A stretch of 61,637 nucleotides of DNA. Source: Girardia tigrina (Eukaryota). The DNA lies in contig MQRK01240227.1 in NCBI GenBank assembly GCA_001938485.1, forward strand, positions 37,959 to 99,595. Reading direction: 5' to 3'. The notes beneath the pieces are model-generated. The model searched no databases. It saw nothing but the letters and a program-made list of their open reading frames with translations, and was not told where the DNA came from. Each line of letters begins with the position of its first letter. The first letter of the stretch is position 1. Of this stretch, positions 24,861 to 37,462 are shown in pieces. The translations under genes and the position numbers were made by a program.

Positions 24861-25900
24861 TCAATTGTTTTGACTTACCTTTAAATATTAATAAATTTTG
24901 CTGAAATTTTACATAACTTATTTTCTAAAATGCTATATTGATTTCTGGGGTGAGAGAGCAAATAATTAAAATTTATTTGTTGACCCCCCTAATATGGTGA
25001 CTGATTAACGTATTGCATTAAAAACATTGTTTCAAAACTGAATTAAGATTTATTCTTACTCTATACAAAAAGTCATATATATTCACAATAAGTTTTGATA
25101 AATAAATTTTTAGATTGCTTTAACCGATGAAGAAAACATGCCTTATTCATTACCAGAAAATACCGAACCTCCAGTTTCAACTAATATATTTCTTCCTTTA
25201 ATTTATATCCACAATAAGTTTTGATATGATATTTAAAGATATATTAATTTTTAGAATGCTTTAACCGATGCAAAAAAAAACATACAAGATAACAAGAAAA
25301 ATGCTGAACATCAAGTACAATCTGTAACACCCGTTATAAATCAATCAAATATCAATTTTGAATATGACAGCACAACTAATGATTCTAGCTTACACCAAAA
25401 TGGTTCAGTACCAGTGCCAATGGATCAATCAAATATCAATTCGAAAGGTTTGTACATCGATTTTACCTATATTGTTTTCATAAATTTTTAATTTTTCAAC
25501 ACTAATAATAGTAAATAGTAGGATTTTGTGCTCATTAAAATATTTGAACGTTATAATTTAAAATTGTAAATTTGTATTTTTTTTAAAACTGTTAAATTGA
25601 GAAATTGTAAATGTCAAAATTTTGAGATTGTAAAATTTAAATTAAGATTTTAATGTTTTAATATTTATATTGCACTATTTATTAGTACGGACTTCATGGG
25701 ACCGTAAAAAGCAGTCCGTTATAAATGTAAACCGTCAATTTCGTTAAATAAAATCAAAAATATAAAATAAAAAATATATAAAATATAAAAAAACATTAAA
25801 CTTCAGTTACCTAAAATTTAAAATATTAAATATTGAGCCTTGTGAACGCAAATTTAATATTTTGAAATTATAATTTGATTAAAGCTTTTTTTATATAATT

Positions 25901-25942
25901 ATTGGACATGTTTCGATGTTTATATACATTATCATCAGCAAT
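25901..25942 (-). ncRNA. Minimal type I hammerhead ribozyme (Penelope pLTR)
   Basis: Minus strand: attg CTGATGA t aatgt atataa acatc GAAA catg TC caat. Core intact, palindromic stem III, GUC triplet, 4-bp stem I, one mismatch at the base of stem II. Confidence 0.8.
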
Positions 25943-26149
25943 TTTCGGATATTTAGTATATAAATATTGAATTGTTGGAATAATACAATTTTTATAGATA
26001 TATTTACTTTAAAAGGTGTAGTGAAAATAAAATATTATTATTTATTAAAGTATTATTGGGTAATAATGGCAAAAACATTTTTATTAAAAATTTTAAGTAT
26101 TGAGATAATAAAGATATGGGATGATAGCTCTAACTCTGGGAATAAAATA

Positions 26150-27020
26150 ATGAAAAAGCAGGCACTGAAAGAAATTCTTAAAATTGGTGCCAAAAATGTA
26201 CCTTTTCTTTTTAATGATGAATGGTACATTCAGGAAGACGGTGTCGCAATGGGTTTCCCATTAGCACCAACTTTGGCATCAATCTTTATGAAGTCGCTTG
26301 AGGATAAAATGAATGCATACACTGCTGAAAAGCCTGTGTTGTACAAGAGATATGTAGATTATGTGTTTTTGGTTTTCAGAGATCAATCGCTCATAGAACC
26401 ATTCCTAACATTCATGAATGGTCTTCATCCTAATATTAAATTTACCACATAATTGGAAGTAGATAATAAACTTCCCTTTCTGGACATTCTTTTCACTAGG
26501 ATGAATGAAGGCTATAATACTGAATTATTCAGAAAGGCAATAGATACAGGTCTTTATACAACACCACAGAGTTTTTGTGAGGAAAAATATAGAGAGGGTA
26601 TGGTAAAAGGCCTTGTTCACAGAGCTTGGAATTTCTCGTCCAGTTTTGAAATTGCAAATCAGGGTTTAAATATTCTTAGAAGGCGCTTGAGGGACAATAT
26701 GTATACAAACAAGCAAATAGAACACAACATTAGGATAACATTAGACAAATTATGTACAGATACACGAGTTAAGAAACAATTAAAAGAAGAAAATACTGAA
26801 GAATACAAAAAAATATTGAAATACTGTATTCTGAAGGATTTAGAGCGTTTAAAATAGTATTTGTAGAACAATAAGTATTGCTAAAGTAGTCTCTGTCACA
26901 TCCAAAGTTCAAAGTTTCCTGTCAAACAAATCGAAAACAGTTTGTGATTTGCAAGCTAATCTGGTATATAAATTTAATGGTCACGGATGTCAAAACTCGT
27001 ACATCGGAGAGACGAGTTTC
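26150..27020 (+). mobile_element. Penelope-like element: RT, thumb and start of the GIY-YIG endonuclease (decayed)
   Basis: QEDGVAMGFPLAPTLASIFM, YKRYVDY, NGLHPNIKFT, LPFLDI, FRKAIDTG; later ANLVYKFNGHGCQNSYIGETS. Confidence 0.92.
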
Positions 27021-27880
27021 TACCTGCAATCCACAAATCAATTTCGTTTTATTTGAGAGGACGTTTTGAACTTTAGTTGTCACTGAAACCACGTTTAGAC
27101 TACCTATATTCTTGTAAATACTCTTCTTAAATGTAATAAATTCTTCAGAATATGGTATTTTGATTATTTGTTTGTGCTCTTCAATGTTTTTTCCTTTAGT
27201 CCTTTCTTAATCCGTGTTTGTGTACATTTTGTCCCCGAGAATAAGAATATATAAACAATGATCTGTGATTCAAAATTGGAAGACAAAGTTCAAATTCTGT
27301 GAACTAAGCCATTTATCATGTTATCATTAAATTTTACCTCCCAAAAGCTCTGGTGTTGTGTAGAGACATGTATCTGTGTTTTTCTGTATAATTCAGTTCG
27401 ATATTTCCCTTCATCCTACTGACAAAAATATGAATATATCTAGAAAATGAAGTTTTTTATTTACTTCCGATTCTGTAATAAATTTAATGTTAGGATGAAA
27501 GCCATTCATGAATTATTAGAATGGTACTATCAGAGATTGGTTTCTGGAAATATGAAAGATGTCATCTACATATATCATGGAAATATGAAAGATGTCATCT
27601 ACATATATCATGTAGAGAATAGGTTTTCCTTAGGTTATGTGTCGATTTTATCCATAAAAGATTTGATGCCAACGTTGGTGCTTATGGGAACTCATTGTAA
27701 CTAAATCTTTTTGAATGTATAATCTGCATTCTAAGCCGGATGATCAAATGTCTCGTTAACTATCAATTTGTTTTTGCATTCTGACATCATTCTCCAATAT
27801 TAGTTTTTACACTCGTGAAAATTAATTTGATAAACCAGATTAGCTTGCAATCCGTAAATCGTTTTCGATTTAGAAACTAT
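27020..27880 (-). mobile_element. Second Penelope-like fragment, inverted and rearranged
   Basis: APTLAS and YVDDIF (within a 33-bp tandem duplication at about 27545-27610), FLNGFHPNIKF, plus an LQANLVY endonuclease piece at 27800-27870. Confidence 0.8.
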
Positions 27881-27949
27881 ATCACAATTTAGAAAGTGAG
27901 CTGAAGATGACGATTGATCTGTCATCATTTATTGTCATTTTAATTGTCA

Positions 27950-28295
27950 TCATAAACATTATCTTCTACTCTGCTTCTATCACTCTCGGAACTCTGATAT
28001 TAAAGATCATCTTCTGTACCATCCAGAGAATTAGAAATTCCACATTTCTTGAATGCTTTAATTACACGTTTTTCATCAATCGCATCCCAAGATTCTTTCA
28101 CCCACGTACAAAGTGTTACTAGTATTGGAGCTTCCATAAGTCCTCCTTTAGTAAACATTTTTTCACCGTCTAGCATCTACATGCTCCATTTATCACGCAT
28201 TTTGCCTTGTAATAGCTTATTTAATGACACATCAAGAGGTTGTATAATACTCGTTAGGCCACCTGGAATAACTGCTAGATCTGTGTTGGACTCGT
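27950..28295 (-). mobile_element. pogo DDE_1 transposase fragment
   Basis: DLAVIPGGLTSIIQPLDVSLNK...WVKESWDAI...KAFKKCGISNSLDGTEDD. Confidence 0.88.
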
Positions 28296-28314
28296 TTTTA
28301 AACGAAACGAATTT

Positions 28315-29190
28315 ATAGGAAGCAAACTGATACAGGTTTATATACTTCACCAGATAGTTTTTATGAACTTAAGTATAAAAGAAACATGATTAAAGGTTTA
28401 ATTTATCGCTCCTGGTCGTTGTCTTCCACTTTTGTTAAATCTGTAGNNNNNNNNNNNNNNNNNNNNNNNNNNNNNNNNNNNNNNNNNNNNNNNNNNNNNN
28501 NNNNNNNNNNNNNNNNNNNNNNNNNNNNNNNNNNNNNNNNNNNNNNNNNNNNNNNNNNNNNNNNNNNNNNNNNNNNNNNNNNNNNNNNNNNNNNNNNNNN
28601 NNNNNNNNNNNNNNNNNNNNNNNNNNNNNNNNNNNNNNNNNNNNNNNNNNNNNNNNNNNNNNNNNNNNNNNNNNNNNNNNNNNNNNNNNNNNNNNNNNNN
28701 NNNNNNNNNNNNNNNNNNNNNNNNNNNNNNNNNNNNNNNNNNNNNNNNNNNNNNNNNNNNNNNNCACATACATTGGAGAGACTGCCCCTCATCTCTGTAA
28801 ACGAATTCAAGAACATGGTCGAAAAGAGAGTAAGAGTAATATTGCAGAACATAGGAACAAAGGTAAATGTGATGTTAATTTTGATAATTTCAAAATTCTG
28901 TGTAAGCATTTTGACAGTTATTGGGAGAGAGTGTCGTGTGAAGCATTGTTAATTAGGTCACGTTGCCCTAAAATCAATGTTCAATCGGCAGTCTCAACCA
29001 GCTTATTGAGAATTTTTGATTAGCATTATTTTGTGCAATCGATTACATAATCATCATTTTTGTGTTTATATACAGGTGAATTTATTATTAATTAGTGACC
29101 TGAAGATGACGGTAGATCCGTCGAAATATATTGTCTTAAAATATATTTTTAAATGGATGACTGGTTATTAAAAGAAGATTTTCATCCGGA
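28315..29190 (+). mobile_element. Third Penelope-like fragment with pLTR
   Basis: YRKQTDTGLYTSP...MIKGLIYRSW; the downstream non-coding region carries a hammerhead. Confidence 0.75.
29097..29135 (+). ncRNA. Minimal type I hammerhead ribozyme
   Basis: gac CTGAAGA t gacgg tagat ccgtc GAAA tata TT gtc. Intact core, perfect 5-bp stem II, palindromic stem III, 3-bp stem I. Confidence 0.82.
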
Positions 29191-29194
29191 CTTC

Positions 29195-29514
29195 GTTTTA
29201 TCAAAAAATAGTTTAGTTTACTTTTATTTCGCAAATAAAATATTAAACTTTACTTTTGATTTTATTTCAAGTAAATATTTTCATCAAATTTGAAATTAAC
29301 TTTTTTACTTTACAATAAATCTTTGCATAAATCGTTTAATCAACCTACCGTAAAATTTATTTTATTTCTTACACAAATTAATTTTTACATTAAATTTCTG
29401 AAAATCTTATTTTAATATATCCAAAACAATATTTTACGGAGTGTAATTGTTTAATTATTAATTTGATAAGATTGTAAATTCAAAAATTTTATGAACTCAA
29501 CAACGCTCCCAACA
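29195..29514 (-). repeat. Partial LTR family A
   Basis: Close reverse complement of 39830-40145; ends aacgctcccaaca. Confidence 0.85.
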
Positions 29515-29749
29515 GGGTGAAATGTACGATCATATATATTGAGCCCAAACCATGACACTTTTGTTCCTTTTAAATTTCGATCCCTTTATGACATGATGAT
29601 TTACATCCGACCAATAATGACAATATTGTTAGTTAACTTAACCATTTAAAAATAATCGTGCCTCATTTAAAAAGATAATATATCGCTCATACAATACTAG
29701 TTAGGATATTTTACAAAATAAAGGCGACTGATTACTTCTTCATTTAATT

Positions 29750-32019
29750 CAGTGTCGGGCAACCCGTGTGCCGCCGGCACATTGGGGTGCCGCGAAGAAG
29801 TCTAAGGGTGCCGCGAGAAGTTTTGAAAAATATTTAAAATTGCTAGGGTTTTTCAAAAATCTTATTATTGATAAACAGTTATTTTCATATATACTATATA
29901 TAAAGAGTTTTTATTTTAAATATTACTTAGATGGACAGATTTGTTATTCGGAAAGACGCAAGGGAGAAGAAAGATAAGCCAGATGAGGAAAATGATGATA
30001 AGGCGATTAAATCAAAAGTAAAAAAGCGAAAATATCAGGACGAATATCTGCAATATGGATTTATTGCATCAGAAAACGATCCTTCACTGCCATTTTGTCT
30101 CATTTGTGCAAAAAGTTTCAGCAATGAATCAATGAATCCAAGCAAACTAATTCGACATCTCGAAGCAAACCATCGTGAACAAAAGAACAATCCAATCGGT
30201 TATTTCGAGAAGTTAAGATCGAATCTTCCAAGCCAAGCAAAGAAATTCAAGAAATACGTAACTACATCTGATCAAGCACAAATCGCAAGCTATCGTATTG
30301 CTCAACTCCTTGCAAAGAAAAAATGCCGCACGCTGAAGCAGAGGAAATAGTTTTACGAACTTTAAAAATTGCTGCTGAATGCATGCTGACGAATGATGCT
30401 GTTGAAAAATTTAAGAATATTCCATTGTCGTCAAAAACGATTGCGAGACGAATTGAAGATTTGTCGGATGACATTGAGTTACAGTTGAATGAATGTTTCA
30501 ATGATCCACCAAGAAAATGGGCGATCCAGCTTGACGAAAGCATTNNNNNNNNNNNNNNNNNNNNNNNNNNNNNNNNNNNNNNNNNNNNNNNNNNNNNNNN
30601 NNNNNNNNNNNNNNNNNNNNNNNNNNNNNNNNNNNNNNNNNNNNNNNNNNNNNNNNNNNNNNNNNNNNNNNNNNNNNNNNNNNNNNNNNNNNNNNNNNNN
30701 NNNNNNNNNNNNNNNNNNNNNNNNNNNNNNNNNNNNNNNNNNNNNNNNNNNNNNNNNNNNNNNNNNNNNNNNNNNNNNNNNNNNNNNNNNNNNNNNNNNN
30801 NNNNNNNNNNNNNNNNNNNNNNNNNNNNNNNNNNNNNNNNNNNNNNNNNNNNNNNNNNNNNNNNNNNNNNNNNNNNNNNNNNNNNNNNNNNNNNNNNNNN
30901 NNNNNNNNNNNNNNNNNNNNNNNNNNNNNNNNNNNNNNNNNNNNNNNNNNNNNNNNNNNNNNNNNNNNNNNNNNNNNNNNNNNNNNNNNNNNNNNNNNNN
31001 NNNNNNNNNNNNNNNNNNNNNNNNNNNNNNNNNNNNNNNNNNNNNNNNNNNNNNNNNNNNNNNNNNNNNNNNNNNNNNNNNNNNNNNNNNNNNNNNNNNN
31101 NNNNNNNNNNNNNNNNNNNNNNNNNNNNNNNNNNNNNNNNNNNNNNNNNNNNNNNNNNNNNNNNNNNNNNNNNNNNNNNNNNNNNNNNNNNNNNNNNNNN
31201 NNNNNNNNNNNNNNNNNNNNNNNNNNNNNNNNNNNNNNNNNNNNNNNNNNNNNNNNNNNNNNNNNNNNNNNNNNNNNNNNNNNNNNNNNNNNNNNNNNNN
31301 NNNNNNNNNNNNNNNNNNNNNNNNNNNNNNNNNNNNNNNNNNNNNNNNNNNNNNNNNNNNNNNNNNNNNNNNNNNNNNNNNNNNNNNNNNNNNNNNNNNN
31401 NNNNNNNNNNNNNNNNNNNNNNNNNNNNNNNNNNNNNNNNNNNNNNNNNNNNNNNNNNNNNNNNNNNNNNNNNNNNNNNNNNNNNNNNNNNNNNNNNNNN
31501 NNNNNNNNGCAGGGCTTTTCGGTACTCACAGAAATGAAGTCGAAAAAGCGTGAGAGACTTCAAATGATCGATAAAGAAATGCGTGTTTGTCTTTCGAAAA
31601 TTGAGCCTCGCATCAACCATATTTGCGTGGAAAAGCAATCTCAAATTTCGCATTGATCAAAAATAAAATTTAATTGTATTTGATTCATTACTTGTTAATA
31701 AAAATTTGTAATTGTAATTTTCATTGTAACAGCTGTTTTCTAAAACTATTTGGGAATTTTTTTATCATTTCTAAATTTTTAAAGCAATCTAAAATATGGA
31801 AATATACCAAAAGGTAACAAAAGTAACAATGAAATGACATAGGTTTTTAATTAATTATTTTTTAATTATTTTCATGGTGGTTTTTCCCCGTGGGTTAAAA
31901 GCTACCACGATCCCAAATTTCTTCCAAGATTTTCAACTGTTGATCTTTTATATAGGGGTGCCTCAAGAAAAAAAAATTGGCTTAGGGTGCCGCGATGCGA
32001 AAAAGGTTGCCCGACACTG
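29750..32019 (+). mobile_element. Full-length hAT Charlie/Buster transposon (ZBED8/SCAND3-like transposase, frameshift near 30320, centre in gap)
   Basis: Perfect 15-bp TIR cagtgtcgggcaacc/ggttgcccgacactg; exact 8-bp TSD ATTTAATT; motifs RKYQDEYLQYGF, CLIC...SMNPSKLIRHL, IPLS..TIARRI, AIQLDES. Confidence 0.96.
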
Positions 32020-32129
32020 ATTTAATTCCTGAGATACATAAACATTTTAAATGATGAATTCGGTTTACTAAATGCCTACTTGTTTACAATTCTGTTAATC
32101 TTCTGAAGATTTTGAGATTTAAATCGAAG

Positions 32130-32580
32130 GTAGGTAAAATTGTTGTACTTATGGCTTCATATCTAAAGGCTTCAAAAAAAACGCAAAGGCTTGGATCAAG
32201 ACCTGATTTCGTGAAGCAATGGTTAAATATGTTGCCCCTGTTTTCATCGTTATTGATAATGCACTCTATCACAGTAATATCGAAGAGGTTTCACAGGAGC
32301 AAGAGTTCTGTGCTAACAAGTTCATCAGATTGGCACCGTGCAGACCAATGTTAAATCCGATTGAGAATGTTTGGTCAGTAATGAAAATTTACACGAAAAG
32401 AAAGATTTCAGAGAAAATTGTGAAAATATTGAATGATATGAATTTTGATTTAACCATCAAAGAGAAAAGATTACTAGCATTGGAAAACCCTTGTAGAGGG
32501 GGGTCTACAAACAATAACACCAACAATATGCACTAACAGTATTGCTAGCATCCAAAGGATAGTTGCGGCAGTCCTTAATT
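32130..32580 (+). mobile_element. Tc1/IS630-like DDE transposase fragment
   Basis: IVIDNALYHS...RLAPCRPMLNPIENVWS. Confidence 0.8.
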
Positions 32581-32699
32581 TGTGGTCACTACAATAAGAT
32601 ACTCAATATTAAAATCAGTGGCGTACCAAAGGTGTCTGGCATCCGGGGCAGCAAGGCCTGTCGGCCCCTCCTCTAATAATGCATTTAATTCATAGTTAA

Positions 32700-33300
32700 C
32701 AGTTTTCTTCGAAAATAAGACCATGTCTTGTATTCGAAAAAACACCGTTTTTTACAAGTAATTTTTTTCCAAACATAAGACCACGCATATTATAAAAATT
32801 TTCTGGATCAATATTCGTTGATTTTAGATTTAAAACTTCAAAATAGTTTTTATTAACAGATCTTGTTTCTTCAACTCGACAGTTATCTTCCTGTCATACA
32901 ATTGAAATTTTTCTAAAGGAGAATCTGTTTCTTTTCATAAAATTTTCAATTGAAAGAGAAAATATAATTTTATTTGCTTATTCCCTCAATGTACTGTATG
33001 ACAAGTTTTTTTGTTCTTTTCCGCTCCGTGTATAAACACTTTGCAAGATCTTCTTCAAGTCCAGGAAAGAATGGTGTTCTGCCAGATATGGCTTCAAATG
33101 ATGAAGATTTGTTTTTATAATTGTATATCTTTTCTTCCTGTTTTTTTTCCAATCACGTACTATTTTATTCGTAATGTTCCAATTTCTTGCTGTTTTGAAT
33201 ATATTGTTATTATTTTGTCTTAAAATATCATTACTTTTATACACTATGATTTTATATACATATTCAGATACTATTCCGGGATTAATTTTCAAAGTAAAGA
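32700..33300 (-). mobile_element. pogo remnant (BrkDBD/HTH region and subterminal repeats)
   Basis: KTARNWNITNKIVRDWKK, SGRTPFFPGLEEDL; cgaaaataagacc repeats. Confidence 0.65.
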
Positions 33301-33799
33301 AAAATCTCTATACTTTACAAAACAAGATTCAATCTATTCTTGACAAAGGACAAGGTAATTGTGATTTCGCTTTTTGATTATTCAATTATTAATGTTATTT
33401 GATTTAAAAAGTTATTATATTTACCTAAGTGATTTTCATCTTAAATACAGGGTTTACACCTTAAATTAATCCACTTAAAATTTTAATTTATTTTGCTTTA
33501 AAATGAGTGTATTTAAAATGATTTTTTAAAATATCATTAGTTATTATTTTAAAAATCAATACTATATATTTACATTTATATACATTATCATTACATTTAC
33601 ATTTACAGAAGATATTAAAAATTATTTCCGACATATGAAACAATTTGCTGTTAAAGGTATTCAAAGAAAAGAATTTACATTTTTGATATATATACATTTT
33701 TTTTTTGATATATACATTTTTGATATTTTATTTTTTCATATTTTTAAATATCATACGTTTCTACAGTTATAAATTGTATTATTTTAATTAGGTCAGATG

Positions 33800-34420
33800 T
33801 TTTTTATCCAAAATATATTAAAACAGATGATTGTCATACTTAGCAAAGCTAAATACAGACTGTATACGAAAATGAACTAAATTTTCATTTGACAACTTTG
33901 ACTTCCATAAGCTTAGTTTTGCAATGAATCACTTGATATCATTATACAGATGAATGATTAGTTTGCTTTTACCCTGTAATTTCAGATTCAGATCAGTAAA
34001 ATGTGCCGTTATATCCCATGCGAAAGCCAAGTCTTGGAACCAATCTTTATCTCTTATTTCATCGATGTTTTGACCTTTCATCTCCAAAAACATAACTATT
34101 TCTTGTATCAACTGATAGAACCTTGTCAACATTTTGTGACATGGCAACCAGCGAATTTCTGTGTGGAGTGAAACATTTGTGGACTGCTTATACATATCTT
34201 TCAACAGCTGACTGAACTGACAGTACACAGCCTCTTTTAAAGTTTATCGTCATTGTCACCCAGCTAAGCACATGATCCAATTTAAAAGTTTTTATACACA
34301 AATTATGCTGATGAATACAGTGAAAGTGTAGGAATGATAAATGTGTATGTCAGTTTTTTATTTCTTTTAGTAACTCGCCAGCAACGCCATTATATCTGTG
34401 AGCTAAATTCTCAGCATCGT
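33800..34420 (-). mobile_element. hAT Charlie (GTF2IRD2/EPM2AIP1-like) fragment
   Basis: FHCIHQHNLC, HTEIRWL, WFQDLAFAWDITAHFTDLNLKLQGK. Confidence 0.85.
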
Positions 34421-34633
34421 CAGAGTGAGAAGTGGTTGTAACATTAATTTATAATGTATTTATTATAAACCATTTTTAAACAAATTTTTAAACTATTTTT
34501 AATTAATACTTAATCCGCCGATCTCCATCTTCCAATATTTTTTTTCATTTATTTAAAATTGCATTCAAATCAAAATCATATTTAATTTTTAAATTTTAAA
34601 ATAAAAAAATATTTATGAAAATTATTTTACGTA

Positions 34634-35814
34634 TTAGGTTGTTCGATATGAAACGGGTCAAACTTCACACCTTACATTTCAATCGCGTATAACTTAACTT
34701 TGAACTATCGTATGAAAATAAATAAGGTATTTCTTGACAGATATATNNNNNNNNNNNNNNNNNNNNNNNNNNNNNNNNNNNNNNNNNNNNNNNNNNNNNN
34801 NNNNNNNNNNNNNNNNNNNNNNNNNNNNNNNNNNNNNNNNNNNNNNNNNNNNNNNNNNNNNNNNNNNNNNNNNNNNNNNNNNNNNNNNNNNNNNNNNNNN
34901 NNNNNNNNNNNNNNNNNNNNNNNNNNNNNNNNNNNNNNNNNNNNNNNNNNNNNNNNNNNNNNNNNNNNNNNNNNNNNNNNNNNNNNNNNNNNNNNNNNNN
35001 NNNNNNNNNNNNNNNNNNNNNNNNNNNNNNNNNNNNNNNNNNNNNNNNNNNNNNNNNNNNNNNNNNNNNNNNNNNNNNNNNNNNNNNNNNNNNNNNNNNN
35101 NNNNNNNNNNNNNNNNNNNNNNNNNNNNNNNNNNNNNNNNNNNNNNNNNNNNNNNNNNNNNNNNNNNNNNNNNNNNNNNNNNNNNNNNNNNNNNNNNNNN
35201 NNNNNNNNNNNNNNNNNNNNNNNNNNNNNNNNNNNNNNNNNNNNNNNNNNNNNNNNNNNNNNNNNNNNNNNNNNNNNNNNNNNNNNNNNNNNNNNNNNNN
35301 NNNNNNNNNNNNNNNNNNNNNNNNNNNNNNNNNNNNNNNNNNNNNNNNNNNNNNNNNNNNNNNNNNNNNNNNNNNNNNNNNNNNNNNNNNNNNNNNNNNN
35401 NNNNNNNNNNNNNNNNNNNNNNNNNNNNNNNNNNNNNNNNNNNNNNNNNNNNNNNNNNNNNNNNNNNNNNNNNNNNNNNNNNNNNNNNNNNNNNNNNNNN
35501 NNNNNNNNNNNNNNNNNNNNNNNNNNNNNNNNNNNNNNNNNNNNNNNNNNNNNNNNNNNNNNNNNNNNNNNNNNNNNNNNNNNNNNNNNNNNNNNNNNNN
35601 NNNNNNNNNNNNNNNNNNNNNNNNNNNNNNNNNNNNNNNNNNNNNNNNNNNNNNNNNNNNNNNNNNNNNNNNNNNNNNNNNNNNNNNNNNNNNNNNNNNN
35701 NNGTGTGTTGACAACATGGGGGGATATTTTGATTAAAAATAAAATGTTATTATTTAAAAAAAATCGATTTACATTTTACTTTAATTTTGACCCGTTTCAT
35801 ATCGAACAACCTAA
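34634..35814. mobile_element. Young mariner-type element; interior is an N-gap
   Basis: Perfect TIR of about 29 bp ttaggttgttcgatatgaaacgggtcaaa/tttgacccgtttcatatcgaacaacctaa with TA TSD. Confidence 0.88.
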
Positions 35815-36049
35815 TACTTGTTATAAATTACTATAACTAAATGTTTACTTATGGAAATATTATTGTTTATTTTAATGAATTTTTATATATTTTTGTTTTT
35901 ATAGTCGGAAGACCATTATGTCCCCATGTCTTATATCAGAATACTCTAATGTGATTGGACGAATCACTTTGCACGTTTAAACAAGGTTAACAGTGCTTCA
36001 GTAAATATCCTTTCATAATTACAGTCAATTGACTGTAACAAATAAAATT

Positions 36050-36266
36050 CACGACGCGAAATTAATTCCGTGTTCAGCTCATTCGTAATAAGATTATCCC
36101 TCCGCCATATCACAGAACCTCGGTCCTTGAAAACTTTTACTCTTTAAATACGAACTTCGTCTTCCCAGGACAGATTTTCCGTTTTCTTACACTGGATACC
36201 AAAATTGTTTAACATCCTTTGTACTTTAGTGGAAATCGCACCTTCGTTGACATAAATATCATCGAT
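36050..36266 (-). mobile_element. LTR-retrotransposon RT remnant
   Basis: IDDI..VNEG...MLNNFGIQCK..E...VIWRRDN...ISRREFY resembles the post-YxDD region of a Gypsy-like pol. Confidence 0.5.
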
Positions 36267-36271
36267 GTCAG

Positions 36272-36670
36272 TGTGAGGAATATTTTGAATGCTGTATGTT
36301 GTTCTGGAATGGCTACTACTCAGATGGCTGATTTATATTTTAATTCTTAATATCTAAAAATTTGTAATGTTTAAATTTATTTCTAATTAAAAATAATTTT
36401 AAAATTTTAAATATTTAATTAATTTTATTTACAATCGAATTAACATTTTTTAAATAATTAATAATCATTTTAATTTCTAACCAATAAATTTTGAGTAAAT
36501 ATTTTAACAAATTATTAATTTTTGCATTTGCTAAAAATAATAAAGGATTAAAGTCATTAATCAATTAATTAGAATGCAATCGTACGAAAGTTTTGACAAA
36601 GATTGTCTTGAGGACAATCAAACTTTTAATGTTAATAAAAATATGATAAGTCAAATTGGTGTTCTTAATA
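36272..36670 (+). mobile_element. Solo LTR, diverged family B subfamily
   Basis: tgtgaggaatattttg...gttcttaata; TSD GTCAG/GTAAG (4 of 5 match). Confidence 0.8.
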
Positions 36671-37462
36671 GTAAGAATAGTTTTCAAGTTTTTTAAGAAT
36701 AGTAGTAATAGTTTTCGTGCATTTTAACGTCAGAATTCAAAATCTACTTCATGATTTCGGTCATTATGGTTGGTGCGATGTTCAAACCTTGTTTTGATAG
36801 TTTAAATGTCTCAAAGCGCATTTTTAATTTAAATTAAAGTCCATACATTTTGTTTTTTGTATGTAATTAGAAAAAAAAATAATTGACACTAAACTTTATT
36901 TTTCGTGAATTTACACGTATTTTAAAATTTCTGAATTAATCTGTTTATTCAAACAACATTAATTAATTGTCATTATCGTACTGTATATATAAATGGACTT
37001 TAATTTTTAAAACAACGCTTGTCGACATATTTTCAATCTCATCGCCAGGTCGATTTTCTTTCTTGTTTTGTGTATATAAGAAAACAATTAAACTTATTTA
37101 AATAAAAAATCTAAACAATTGTTTCACGTTGATTGAATAATTTTATTTCAAAAATCAAAACATTGTAAGGGTACATAAATCTTCAAAGCTTTTATATTCA
37201 TGAACTGAATTTCCGAATTATTTTTAGAGTGAAAGTCTTATGGAGCGTTTTAATCACAGATCTTGGATGCTAAAATTAACGTGCCAACTGCACTCTACTA
37301 CTTTTTTGGAGTTTTTTAAATGATGTAGTAATGAAGTTTTAGTTTCATAATCACTAACTGTATTTTATAACTTTCTTCTGAGAAATCATTTGTTAATTTT
37401 GTTCAAATTTATTTATATTTCATATAAATATTTAAAAAATGACTATAAACTATTTTTAAAAA

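Noticed and set aside
30262-35836. Long ORFs (325-463 aa) in the ORF track
   Set aside because: Composed mostly of X from N-gaps; not evidence of genes.
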